From Terriglobia bacterium (lineage in GTDB: Bacteria; Acidobacteriota; Terriglobia; JAJPHL01; JAPKYU01): DNA of 64,000 bases. The stretch lies in contig CBDBKE010000002.1 of assembly GCA_965206645.1 (NCBI GenBank), forward strand, positions 672,001 through 736,000, in the 5' to 3' direction. The notes beneath the pieces are model-generated. The model did not search any database and had not been told where the DNA came from. It was given only the letters and a program-made list of their open reading frames with translations. A program made the position numbers and the translations under genes. Below, piece after piece: positions 49,312 to 59,297 of this stretch (the stretch's first letter is position 1; every line of letters starts with the position of its first letter).

Positions 49312-50030
49312 CATTGCTTCTCGAAGTCAACCAACTCAACGCCTTTTACGGGTCAAGTCACCTCCTCCAAGGGGTGTCCCTCAATGTCGATCGGGCTGAA
49401 ATTGTCGCCATCCTGGGACGCAACGGCGTCGGGAAGAGCACAACGCTCAAAACGATCATGGGCTTGGTCCGGCCGAGGTCCGGTTCGGTCATCTTCGATG
49501 GATTGGATATCTCCGTTTTACCTCCCTACAAGGTGGCCCGCGCTGGTATTGGTTATGTCCCGGAAGACAGAAGGATATTTCCTAATCTTTCTGTGCGGGA
49601 GAACCTTTTGCTGGCAAAGAGGAGCGTTGCGGCCGGCAACGAAGGCCAGTCGGAACTATGGACCGCGGAGAGAGTTTCCCAACGCTTTCCTATGCTCGAA
49701 AGGAGAGCTGACAACAAAGGGGCGCAGCTGTCTGGCGGCGAACAGCAGATGCTGGCCATTGGTAGAGCCTTGATGGGCAATCCTGTGCTCTTGCTCGTTG
49801 ACGAACCAACCGAAGGGCTGGCACCGCTTCTGGTTGATCAAGTGCGGGATGTCCTTCGTCAGATCAACCAGGCAGGTGTCTCCGTTCTCCTCACCGAACA
49901 CAACATGCGCGTGGCGCTCTCCCTGGCACACCGCGTGTACCTGATGGGAAAGGGTCACATCGGATTCTCCGGGACCGTAGACGAGCTGAACTCTGAGCCT
50001 GAGATCAAATCGAAGTACCTTGGGATCTAG
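49308..50030 (+). CDS. livF: Branched-chain ABC ATPase (LivF-like)
   Basis: GRNGVGKST, VPEDRRIF, LSGGEQQMLAIGRAL, DEPTEGLAP. Confidence 0.92.
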   Translation: MTLLLEVNQLNAFYGSSHLLQGVSLNVDRAEIVAILGRNGVGKSTTLKTIMGLVRPRSGSVIFDGLDISVLPPYKVARAGIGYVPEDRRIFPNLSVRENLLLAKRSVAAGNEGQSELWTAERVSQRFPMLERRADNKGAQLSGGEQQMLAIGRALMGNPVLLLVDEPTEGLAPLLVDQVRDVLRQINQAGVSVLLTEHNMRVALSLAHRVYLMGKGHIGFSGTVDELNSEPEIKSKYLGI

Positions 50031-50120
50031 AATCTCAGGTTGTCTGCGGACTCAAACTATATTCGCCTCAGGAATAAGAGTTCCTTTCGGGCAGGGGCCA
50101 TATCCTAAAGCCTGTAGACG

Positions 50121-50149
50121 TTGACACCCCCAAAGGAGACCCAGATAAT
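50121..50149 (+). promoter_or_regulatory. Sigma70-type promoter
   Basis: TTGACA-17 nt-GATAAT upstream of the SDR gene. Confidence 0.55.
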
Positions 50150-50225
50150 GCCTGAGTCGACCACAGCAAAAAGTCGAAAACCGTCCGGCCTGAAAAGACC
50201 ATTCCAGGTGGGAGTTTGAATTCGT

Positions 50226-50999
50226 ATGGCAACAGCCAAATCGCTGCGTGTAGTGGTTACCGCCGGAGCCTCGGGGATTGGAAGAACCGTTGCGGAGACC
50301 TTTCTCGCTCAGGGATCTTCTGTTCACGTCTGCGACATCTCCGAGACTTATCTTGCGGAGATCGCCGACACCCTTCCCCGCGTCGGCACGACGTGCGCTG
50401 ACGTTGCTGACGAGCATCAGGTTGACCGGGTGTTTCAGGAAGCCACGGGGCACCTGGGTGGGCTCGATGTCCTAGTCAATAACGCGGGCATCGCTGGGCC
50501 GACAGCGCCGGTCGAGGAAGTCCAGCTGGAAGATTGGGCACGGACTTTGGCGGTCAACATAACGGGTCAGTTTCTTTGCGCTCGTCGCGCGGTCCCCCTT
50601 TTGAAGCGGGCCGGTGGCGGGTCGATCGTAAACATTTCCTCCGTCGCTGGGCGTCTGGGCCTGCCTTTGCGCGCGCCGTACTCAACATCGAAATGGGCGG
50701 TGGTGGGTTTCACCAAGACTCTGGCGGCGGAACTTGGCCCGCATGGAATCCGGGTCAATGCCATCCTGCCGGGGATGATCGACAATGAAAGAATGAAGGC
50801 TGTCATCGAGGCTAAGGCGAGAGCGATTGGGATGAGCTATGCAGAATTAGAGGAGGAGTTAGTACGCTCGGTGTCGTTGCGAAAAAAAATCAGCCCCCAA
50901 GATGTCGCTAACATGATCATTTTCCTTTGTTCCGATGCCGGAAATAGTATCTCGGGCCAGGCGATCAGCGTTTGTGGGAATACGGAGTGTGCTCGCTGA
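50226..50999 (+). CDS. SDR-family oxidoreductase
   Basis: TAGASGIG, NNAGIAGPT, YSTSK. Confidence 0.93.
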   Translation: MATAKSLRVVVTAGASGIGRTVAETFLAQGSSVHVCDISETYLAEIADTLPRVGTTCADVADEHQVDRVFQEATGHLGGLDVLVNNAGIAGPTAPVEEVQLEDWARTLAVNITGQFLCARRAVPLLKRAGGGSIVNISSVAGRLGLPLRAPYSTSKWAVVGFTKTLAAELGPHGIRVNAILPGMIDNERMKAVIEAKARAIGMSYAELEEELVRSVSLRKKISPQDVANMIIFLCSDAGNSISGQAISVCGNTECAR

Positions 51000-51183
51000 G
51001 AAAGGACTGCAGGGTAGAAGTGGGAAAGTGGGAATCACCGGCGCTTCTCGTGGAAGAAGGTACTGACCTGCGAGATCCAAAACTCTCCGTCATGCCTGAC
51101 AGCCGGCTCATGCCGGTCGCCGGCGGCACAGTTTGCGACGCAACCGGTCATCACGCAGGATTCGTCTTACGCGGGCAAGAACC

Positions 51184-52044
51184 CTAGTTCGGTTCATCCC
51201 CGGTAGCGACATCACGGTCCTGCTCACCGCCGGCACTCGAAGCAGGGGCCAGCGCAAGCTGCGCTCCCGATTTGATGAGGCCGCCTTCGCCAGGGCCCTG
51301 GAAGAAACTGAATCCGTGACGGCCATTCCAGGCGGACGGACCACCCAGCTTCTTGCCGGCTGCTAGAGTAGCGTCGTGGATCTTGGTGACTAACGCCTTG
51401 TACCTTGGGTCGCTCCTTTCCCATCCCGTGAAGCTGCCCAGGTCGCCGCTCGCGGCGAAGATCACGTCGACGCCCGGAACCGCGGCGATCTTATCCACGA
51501 TCGCAACACCGTCTGGCGATTCAATCATGATCACGATCATGACGTTGTCGTTGGCGGTCTCACGGTAGTCCTTTCCCCAGAGCGCAGCATATTGACCACC
51601 ACCATGGCTGCGACGCCCCAGGGGCGGGTACTTCGCATACTTGACCGCATCCTGCGCCTCTTCGACGGTGTGAACCATGGGAACGACGATCCCCAGAGCG
51701 CCGATGTCGGTCGCTTTCTGGATGTCGCCTTCGGTTGCGTCCGGCACGCGAATGAAAGGAATGGCCGGAGCGTCCTTACAGGCCCAGATCATCTTGGCCA
51801 CGTCGTTATACGTCAGCGGGCTGTGCTGCATCTCGATCCAGAGGAAATCGAAACCGGCGTTGGCCATGGCGCAATAGATGTTCGGGTCTGACGTGGAAAC
51901 GGTGCCGCCAATAACCGGCTTACCTTCCATCAGCTTCTGCTTCACCGTGTTGTACATTCGCACCTGCGCTTGTACAGCCGATGGAATCACCAAAGACAGT
52001 ATCGTGCAGACCACAGTGGATGAGACGACTCGTCCTATAGTCAT
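51184..52044 (-). CDS. HpcH/HpaI aldolase-family protein with signal peptide
   Basis: DFLWIEMQHS, IRVP, VPMV, MIES, GDL. Hydrophobic leader ending AVQA-Q. Alternative start at 52068. Confidence 0.88.
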   Translation of the reverse strand: MTIGRVVSSTVVCTILSLVIPSAVQAQVRMYNTVKQKLMEGKPVIGGTVSTSDPNIYCAMANAGFDFLWIEMQHSPLTYNDVAKMIWACKDAPAIPFIRVPDATEGDIQKATDIGALGIVVPMVHTVEEAQDAVKYAKYPPLGRRSHGGGQYAALWGKDYRETANDNVMIVIMIESPDGVAIVDKIAAVPGVDVIFAASGDLGSFTGWERSDPRYKALVTKIHDATLAAGKKLGGPSAWNGRHGFSFFQGPGEGGLIKSGAQLALAPASSAGGEQDRDVATGDEPN

Positions 52045-52085
52045 GGACCTCTCCTTTGTTCTAGTCATGGACCTCTCCTTTGTTC
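52038..52085. repeat. Perfect 24-bp tandem duplication of RBS plus start codon
   Basis: TAGTCATGGACCTCTCCTTTGTTC twice. Confidence 0.92.
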
Positions 52086-52350
52086 GTGAGACAGGTTGCC
52101 AAAGCGGTGGGCTTGGCCAGAACTTGGACCGTTCCAGGACACTGCGATCCCCCCATCCTGGGTGGAGGTCACCCAGTCGGACATCGACCCTGCCAATATA
52201 CATTTGAAACTAGTAGGGCGCTTGAACTATTCCCTGATGTTGTCGAGACGCCATCAGGCCGGTAACGCCCTCATCCAAAAGTCGCGGATGTGATACAAGA
52301 CCCTCGGTGACAGGTAGAGCAATCGACTGAGGAAGAGGCGCTGGAGGCTA

Positions 52351-53018
52351 GTGCAAGAAGTCGGGCAATTCCTTCTTAAGCATGGCTACGCGGTCCTGTT
52401 TGCCCTGGTGTTGCGCCGAGCAGATCGGCCTCCCTCTGCCTGCTATTCCCATCCTGCTGGCGACGGGGGCGATGGCCAGCACGGGCCATTTCTCTTTCAC
52501 CCTGGCGCTACTGGTGGCCGGTCTGGCGGCACTGCTGGCCGACTGGATCTGGTACCAGCTGGGCCGCCACCGCGGCCACTCGGTCCTGAACTTGCTCTGC
52601 CGAATCTCGTTGGAGCCAGATTCTTGTGTGCGCCGCACCGAAGACGTCTTTGCCCGCCACGGCGCCCGCGCTCTGCTGTTTGCCAAGTTTGTCCCCGGCC
52701 TGAACGTTGTGGCGCCCCCGCTGGCCGGCATGCTGCGCATGCGCCTGGGGCGCTTTCTGGTATTTGACGGCCTCGGAGCGCTCTTCTGGGCGGGGGCGTT
52801 TGCTGGAGCAGGCTTTCTATTCGCCTCGCAGCTCGAGCGCGCGGCAGCCCAGGCTGCCCGGCTGGGGGCGTGGCTGCTTGTCCTGCTCCTTGCCGCGCTG
52901 GCCGGCTTCCTGGGTTGGAAGTACGCGCAGCGCCAGCGTTTTCTCCGCCAACTCCTCATCGCCCGCATCCAACCAAAAGAACTGATGGAGAAACTGGAAG
53001 CCGGGGAGGAGATGGTGA
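52351..53018 (+). pseudogene. DedA/VTT protein (probably DedA-rhodanese), frameshifted near 52410 and truncated by IS3
   Basis: HGYAVLF in one frame, then EQIGLPLPA, CRISLEPDSCVRRTE and AKFVPG in another. Ends at the IS boundary. Confidence 0.85.
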
Positions 53019-54269
53019 TGACCTGACCGGCACTTTTTGTACCAAGTGGAAAGAGAGAGAATCCACTTGAGGAGGAAGTGAGGTCATGCCGACAAGGAGT
53101 TACAAGCCGGAGCAGATTGTAGCGGTGCTACGGCAGATAGAAGTGCAGATGGGGAACGGGAAGACTGCGCCCCAAGCCTGCAAAGAAGCTGGAATCCACA
53201 CCCAAACCTACTACCGGTGGCGGAAGGAATACGGCGGGCTGAAGGTGGTGCAGGCAAAACGGCTAAAGGAGTTGGAGAAGGAAAACACGCGGCTGAAGCG
53301 GTTGGTAGCGGAGCTTTCTCTGGAGAAGCAGGTACTGCGGGATGTGGCACAGGGAAACTTCTGAGCCCTGAGCGGCGGCGTTGTGCGGTGGAGCGTGCGT
53401 GGGAGCAACATGGGTTGTCGGAACGGCATGCCTGCCGGCTGCTGGGGCAATGGCGAGGGACACAACGATACGAGCCGATTCATCGGGTGGACGAGGATGC
53501 TCTGACCCGAGCGATCATTGCCCTGGGAGCGAAGTACGGGCGATATGGCTACCGGAGGATCACAGCGTTGCTGCGGAGTGCGGGCTGGGAAGTGGGCAAG
53601 GACCGGGTGCAGCGGATTTGGCGGCGGGAAGGGCTGAAAGTGCCGCAAAAACAAAGGCCGCGAGGACGGCTGTGGCTGAACGACGGTTCCTGTGTACGAC
53701 TGAGGCCGGAGCGACCGAACCACGTGTGGAGCTACGACTTCATGAGTGCCAGAACGCACGAGGGGAGAACGCTGCGGCTGCTGACCTTGCTGGATGAGTA
53801 CACGCGGGAATGCCTGGCGATCCGGGTGGAGCGGAGGATGGGCAGCCAACAAATCATTGAGGCGTTGTCGGACGTGATGTTGTGGCGAGGGATACCGGAA
53901 CAGATTCGATCCGACAATGGTCCCGAGTTCATCGCCAAACAACTGCGCCAGTGGTTGGCAAATCTAGGGACCGGGACACTGTACATCGAACCGGGCAGTC
54001 CCTGGGAGAACGGGTACTGCGAGAGTTTCAATGGGAAGCTGCGGGACGAATGCCTGAATGGAGAGATCTTCTACTCGTTGAAGGAGGCACAGGTGGTGAT
54101 TGAACAGTGGAGGGTGCAATACAACACGGTGCGGCCGCACTCGGCGCTCGCCTATAGGCCCCCGGCGCCGGGGGCCTATAGCCCTCCCCTGCCACTGAAA
54201 CCAGTTTCACAGCCCCAGGCTGCGATGTAAACTCTCACTACGGTTGGTACAAAAAATCGGTCTGGTCAG
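53019..54269 (+). mobile_element. IS3-family element copy 2, apparently intact (IS407-group-like)
   Basis: IRL TGACCTGACCGGCACTTTTTGTACCAA, IRR TTGGTACAAAAAATCGGTCTGGTCAG. orfA/orfB joined by the slippery site GGGAAAC. Confidence 0.95.
53086..54230 (+). CDS. IS3 transposase OrfAB (programmed -1 frameshift near 53355-53360)
   Basis: OrfA HTH/leucine zipper. OrfB YGYRRI, WSYDF, SDNGPEF, PWENGYCESFNGKLRDE. Confidence 0.93.
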
Positions 54270-54472
54270 CTGAGGTGGCAGTTTAAAATGGGACAATTCC
54301 TGCGGTCATAACGATTTGGCGTCTAGGAAAACTTCCCGTAGTAAAACAGAGCTTTGTCGAGCTTGCGTTGCGACGAAAGCTAGCGCGCTCAGCTTCGAGA
54401 CTCTCAGTGGGGAACACCCCATTCGCGTCGTCGAAGACGAGGGCTCAATCCCCCCGACGACGATCCCGACGG

Positions 54473-54975
54473 CTAGAGCTGGATGCGGCTTCCTACAGCG
54501 CTCTGGACAAACGCGTCGGGGAACCGAGCGGCAAGGCGTTGCATAGCCTTCCAGCCCGTGCAGTGGGCCGGGACTAGCAAGGACGGGGAGAGGGTGGCGA
54601 GCCCGTCGACCGTCGAATCGATGATCGGCTCGAACATCGGGCCGCTCAGGTGGAAGCCGCCGATGATCGCGCACACGCGCCGCTCGCCTGTCAGCTTGAG
54701 TGCGTAGCGGACGGTGTTCACGATCCCGGCGTGCCCGCAACCGCTGATCACGACGAGGCCTCGATCGCGGAGCCTCAGGACGAGTGTTTGGTCGTCGGGA
54801 TCAACGGATCGGCCTGCCACGCGCTGTCGCGATGCGCCTCATGGCCGGGGAAGCCGATCTCGAACTCGGTCGTCCGATCGACCTCGCCAGTAATGAGCAC
54901 CGAGCCATCGAGGAGAAAGGACGGGTGACGCTCCTCGACGATCTCAAAGCCGATGCCCTCCAACGCTGAGCGGCT
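54473..54975 (-). pseudogene. MBL-fold metallo-hydrolase, C-terminal fragment, frameshifted
   Basis: LITGEVDRTTEFEIG in one frame, then DDQTLV, SGCGHAG, GGFHL and PAHCTG in another. Confidence 0.8.
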
Positions 54976-55147
54976 CGGCGACGGGGAAACACCCAAGAGG
55001 CCAAGCAGAAGGAAGCCCGCGTTCTGGCAATGGCCAAGAAAGCCGGCCCATGAGCCGGAGCCGCACAAATCCCGCACAATTTGCACAATCTCTGTGCAGC
55101 CCGTCGAAGTCCGCTCTTTGCCTGTCTCTTGGAATCACTAGGTTAAG

Positions 55148-55223
55148 TGGTGAGGCGGCTGGGACTCGAACCCAGGACCCTCGGCTTAAAAGGCCGATGC
55201 TCTACCAACTGAGCTACCGCCCC
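55148..55223 (-). tRNA. tRNA-Lys(TTT)
   Basis: GGGGCGGTAGCTCAGTTGGTAGAGC, anticodon arm TCGGC-CTTTTAA-GCCGA, CCA end, 76 nt. Confidence 0.97.
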
Positions 55224-55403
55224 TGCACCTAGTTCTGCGGACATTCTACCCTACCTACAAAGCAGCGTGTTCCAAAAGCCACCCACTCGACCTCGGTGTT
55301 CGAAGGGTCGTTTGGACGCAAGCTGAAAAAAGGCGCTTCCTGTTTGGAGCATCCAGACCATGACCAGGCCATGACGAAGATAAATCCCTTTGCCGCTTTC
55401 AGA

Positions 55404-56720
55404 TCATTCGGCGGGGCCACCTCGGGCGGGCAGCTCGATCTCCACTGCCAGCCCGGGGTTCGCATTGCGCGCCTGCAGCCGGCCTTTGTGGAACTCGACC
55501 GCCCGCCGGGCGATGGCAAGGCCCAGGCCGACGCCGCCGCTGGCGCGGCTGCGGTCGGCCTGCACGCGGTAGAAGGGGTCGAAGATGGAAGAAAGCTCCT
55601 CTTCCGGGACCCCCGACCCATAATCGCGAACCCGGATGGTGAGCCAGGGGCCGACAATCGCGCTGGTGATCTCCACTTGCGAATCCGCCGGAGCGAACCG
55701 GATCCCGTTGCGCACCACATTTCCCACCGCACGCCGAAGCAATTCCGGATCGCCCTCCACGGTGACCGGCGCCGGCGCTTCCAAGGCGAGCGAGCACCGC
55801 CGCGCCTGGGCTTCGATGGAGCAGTCCTCGACCTGCTCGCGCAGTAGCTCATCCACACGGACCGGTTGCAGGCGTAATGCCGCCGGATCGTCTTCGGCGC
55901 GTGTCACCTGCAGCAGCTGGCCCACCAGCGTATTCATGCGCTCCGACTCCTTCTGGATCTGGTTCAACGCAGCCTCACGTTGCTCTTGGGAGCGCGCCAG
56001 CTCCGCGGCGACACTCAAGCGGGCCAGCGGCGAGCGCAGCTCGTGGGAGATGTCGAGCAGGAGGCGCCGCTCGGCTGTCAGCAATGTCTGGAGACGCTCG
56101 GCCATCCGGTCGAAGTTGCGTGCCAGCTCTCCGAGCTCGTCGGCCCGGTCCGATCCCACCCTCGCGTTCAAATCGCCGCGGCCAAACCGCTCGACTGCCT
56201 TCTGCAAGCGTCGCAGCGGCGAGGTAACGTGGCGAGCCAGCCCGTAGCAGAGCAGGACGGCGAGCCCAAGGACTCCCAGGTACTGCGGTTGGAACAACCA
56301 AAAGGCCCAGCGCCGCCTGGGAACCTCGACAAAGTACCAGTAGCGCCCCTGGTCATCTTCGTGACCCAGGATGAAGTGCCGGCCGCGCAGGATGGGAAAG
56401 AACGAATGCCGGGAAAGTCTGGCAACCAAAGCGGAGTGGTCCTCGCCCGTAACCAGGTTGCGCCCGTTCCGGTCAGCGAAGCTACCACGCGTACCGGTGG
56501 CTTCCTGCATACGCCGCAACGTCTCCGCCAGAGCTTCCGGGCCACCCGACTCGTAGGCGTGCCGCGCCTCGCGCATCTGGAGAGGGATCAACATCGCAAA
56601 GGGCATCCGCCGGGCGCGTGGATGGGAGAACGTCAGCGCGGCGGCCACCCCAAAGGCGATCAGGATGACTGCGTTCGTAACGAGGAACCACACCAGAATT
56701 CTGGCGAACAGCGATTTCAT
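55404..56720 (-). CDS. HAMP-domain sensor histidine kinase (CpxA-like)
   Basis: Two TMs, HAMP, DISHELRSPLARL, VRDYGSG, GVGLGLAI. Confidence 0.93.
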   Translation of the reverse strand: MKSLFARILVWFLVTNAVILIAFGVAAALTFSHPRARRMPFAMLIPLQMREARHAYESGGPEALAETLRRMQEATGTRGSFADRNGRNLVTGEDHSALVARLSRHSFFPILRGRHFILGHEDDQGRYWYFVEVPRRRWAFWLFQPQYLGVLGLAVLLCYGLARHVTSPLRRLQKAVERFGRGDLNARVGSDRADELGELARNFDRMAERLQTLLTAERRLLLDISHELRSPLARLSVAAELARSQEQREAALNQIQKESERMNTLVGQLLQVTRAEDDPAALRLQPVRVDELLREQVEDCSIEAQARRCSLALEAPAPVTVEGDPELLRRAVGNVVRNGIRFAPADSQVEITSAIVGPWLTIRVRDYGSGVPEEELSSIFDPFYRVQADRSRASGGVGLGLAIARRAVEFHKGRLQARNANPGLAVEIELPARGGPAE

Positions 56721-57412
56721 TCGGCAGTCTCGTCGTCCCGAGAGGTCTTCAGGAACTGATAGCCGACGCTCCGGACCGTCTTGATCCGCTGCCGGCCAGT
56801 TTTCAGCTTCTTGTGCAGATGGCTGATGTGCATGTCGACGGAGCGGTCAAACGACGTGGCCTTGCGGTCGTAAATTTCCTCCATCAGAGCGTCGCGCGAC
56901 AGCACGCGACCGGCTGCGCGCATCAGCAAGCGCAACAGGTCGAATTCCAAGGTGGTGAGTTCGACCTGCCTGCCGTCGCAGGTGACTTCGCGCGTAGCTG
57001 GATCCAGCACCACGCCGTTCATTTCCAGAGGGGGTTCGGCCACGGCGGGTCGGGCCTCGACCCGCCGCAGGATGGCCCGGATTCGTGCCGAGAGTTCCCG
57101 AGGATTGAACGGCTTGGGGAGGTAGTCGTCGGCGCCGAGTTCGAGCCCCACGATGCGGTCCACATCCTCGTCGCGCGCCGTCAACATCAGCACGGGTATC
57201 TGGCTTCGCTGTCGCAGGCGGCGCAGCACCTCGAAGCCGTCCAGTCCCGGCAGCATGACGTCCAGCACGACCAGGCTGTGCTCACCTCGAGACGCCTTTT
57301 CCAGACCCTCTGCACCGTTGTGTTGGAAGTCGACCGTGAAGCCTTCTCTGCGAAAAAATTCCCCGAGCAGGCTGTAGAGTTCGACGTCGTCATCAACCAC
57401 CAGGATTCACAC
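56717..57412 (-). CDS. OmpR-family response regulator (CpxR-like), apparent nonsense at codon 2
   Basis: VVDDD, LDVMLP, GADDYLPKPF, DRSVDMHIS, TVRSVGY. The 5' end reads GTG TGA ATC CTG GTG GTT GAT, and the open frame starts at 57400. Confidence 0.85.
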
Positions 57413-57452
57413 GGGGCGAATGTAGCACGGCCAGGAACGGGGACTCGCAATC

Positions 57453-57467
57453 TTTACAAATGTTTAC
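57453..57467 (-). promoter_or_regulatory. CpxR-type box GTAAA-N5-GTAAA
   Basis: Plus strand TTTAC-aaatg-TTTAC, between the divergent regulator and Spy/CpxP genes. Confidence 0.75.
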
Positions 57468-57525
57468 ACGCCAAACAAACGGACTTTACGGTGCCGTCGT
57501 AGCTTATCGTCAGGAGGTGAAACCA

Positions 57526-57975
57526 ATGTCTACTCGAAAGAAACTTTTCATCGGCAGTGTGGCCACGCTGGTAGTGGTGGCTGCCACTTTACTGGCCAGC
57601 GGCCCGCGGTTCCGCCACCGGGCAGGGATGCACACGCTCATCGCCGGATACCTGGACCTGACCGAGTCGCAAAAGGCCGAGGCGGAGACGATGTTCAAAT
57701 CCGCTCACGAGTCGGCCGAGCCCTTCGTGACTCAGTTAAAACAGGGGCACGAAGTACTGGTGGATGCGATCAAGGCCGGAAAGTCAGAACAGGAGCTTGG
57801 TCAACTGACCGACCAGCAAGGAGCCCTGGTAGGGAAGGTCGGCCAGATCTACGCGACGGCGTTTGCGAGGTTCTATACCACGCTCACTCCGGAGCAAAAG
57901 GACAAAGCGGAAGAGCTGCACCAGCAGTTCCGTGAATTCCGCGGCCACCGGTTCGGCCGGCGCTGGCACTTCTGA
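57526..57975 (+). CDS. Spy/CpxP-family periplasmic protein
   Basis: Signal peptide, LDLTESQK and TLTPEQK (LTxxQ) motifs, RBS AGGAGG. Confidence 0.9.
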   Translation: MSTRKKLFIGSVATLVVVAATLLASGPRFRHRAGMHTLIAGYLDLTESQKAEAETMFKSAHESAEPFVTQLKQGHEVLVDAIKAGKSEQELGQLTDQQGALVGKVGQIYATAFARFYTTLTPEQKDKAEELHQQFREFRGHRFGRRWHF

Positions 57976-57980
57976 GGGCG

Positions 57981-58005
57981 AGGGCGGACCTCCGGGTCCG
58001 CCCTT
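57981..58005. terminator. GC-rich hairpin between convergent genes
   Basis: AGGGCGGACC-tccg-GGTCCGCCCT, with only a short T tail. Confidence 0.55.
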
Positions 58006-58068
58006 GAGCCGCCTTGAGGCTGGCCGCCGCAACCGCTTGACAGGAGTTGAACCATGGAAATGGGTTGC

Positions 58069-59087
58069 TCAAGCGCAGGCGTCCATGTTCCCGAAATTCT
58101 TGGAGTCCTTGGTCCAGCCCACCATGCCGTCCCGTGTCTTGACCTTCACCCACCACGTCCCCCAACTTTCCTCTGTGACGGGGTAGATGTGCTCACCCCA
58201 ACAGCCTAGGTCCGGAAACGGGCAATAGTCATGGGTTTCGAGGACGCCCAGTTCCATCACCTTGCCCTGAAACCACACGTGCCCGATCCCTTCGCCTAGA
58301 TAGTCGAGGAGGAAAACGATCGACCCTACCGGGATGTTCGAGTCGGGAGGCGAACGCCGGACTCCGACCGCAATGGGCCGGATGTGGACTTGCCCCGTTA
58401 CCCCTTCGACCTTCTCTCCCTTTCCGACATGTGCAACGACCTTCTCGCCCCTCGGCTTGTCATAGAGGGTGGTGTCGGCGTAAACGTCCCAGGTCCGAAA
58501 CGTACAGCACTCAAACGGGCAGGCGTCCTTGGAAACGTAGTCGCGGGGCGGTTTTTCCCCTTGGGGCAGCGCCTCGAGCTTCTTTCGGTATTCCTGCTTC
58601 CGTTCGTCCAGCAGCGCCCGCGCCTGAGAGAGTTTCCTGGCCAGCGCGGAGCGCTGGAATTCCTGCGACTGCGCGAGCGGATGCAGCGCGTTGCCTTTGG
58701 TGCGAAGCCGCCGATCCACCTCGTTGTTTTTTTCTCGTACAGGTAGTCCAGGACCGTGATCGCATCGTCGTTGTTACCTGACTCCACGTACAGTTCAGCC
58801 AAGGAGAACCACAGGAAGTGGTTGTGGCACTGGTAACGAATGAGCTCCCTGCGCATGGTGACGGCCGTAGGGTAATCACTGTGCTTCTCCGCCGCGCGCA
58901 GCCTGCGGTAGATCGCCCGATGTACGGCCCGTGCCTCCCTGCTCCACTGGGAGATGCCCGTGTAGCGGCAGGGCGCCCCCAGCACCTTTTCTTCCGCACT
59001 TCCCTTTGGCAGGCTGGCGACCTGCGGTACTGATGTCGTGAGCAGGGCGAACAGCAATCCAGGTCCCGTTGCGCGAAAGCCGATCAT
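58069..59087 (-). pseudogene. Exported hypothetical protein (TPR-like N-part, Cys-rich SH3-like C-part), split at an A7 tract
   Basis: ORFs 58398-59087 and 58069-58719 join if the A7 run at 58727-58733 gains one A. C-part has CPFECC and WWVKVKT..G.VGW. Confidence 0.65.
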
Positions 59088-59297
59088 TACGATGTGCTCC
59101 TCAGGCGATGCACTCCTCAGGCGTAGCGCTCCTCAGGCTCTGCCGTCCGAGCAAGCTTCTCCTTTCGTTCGCCCGTCGTCGACATTGTAGCGCTGCGGAG
59201 TCGCAAAGTCCCTGGGGACCTCTGTTTCTACAAGCGGCATATACACCCGTCCGACAGACCACAAGGCAGCCGGTTGTCCCCATGGTATCCTGAAGCG

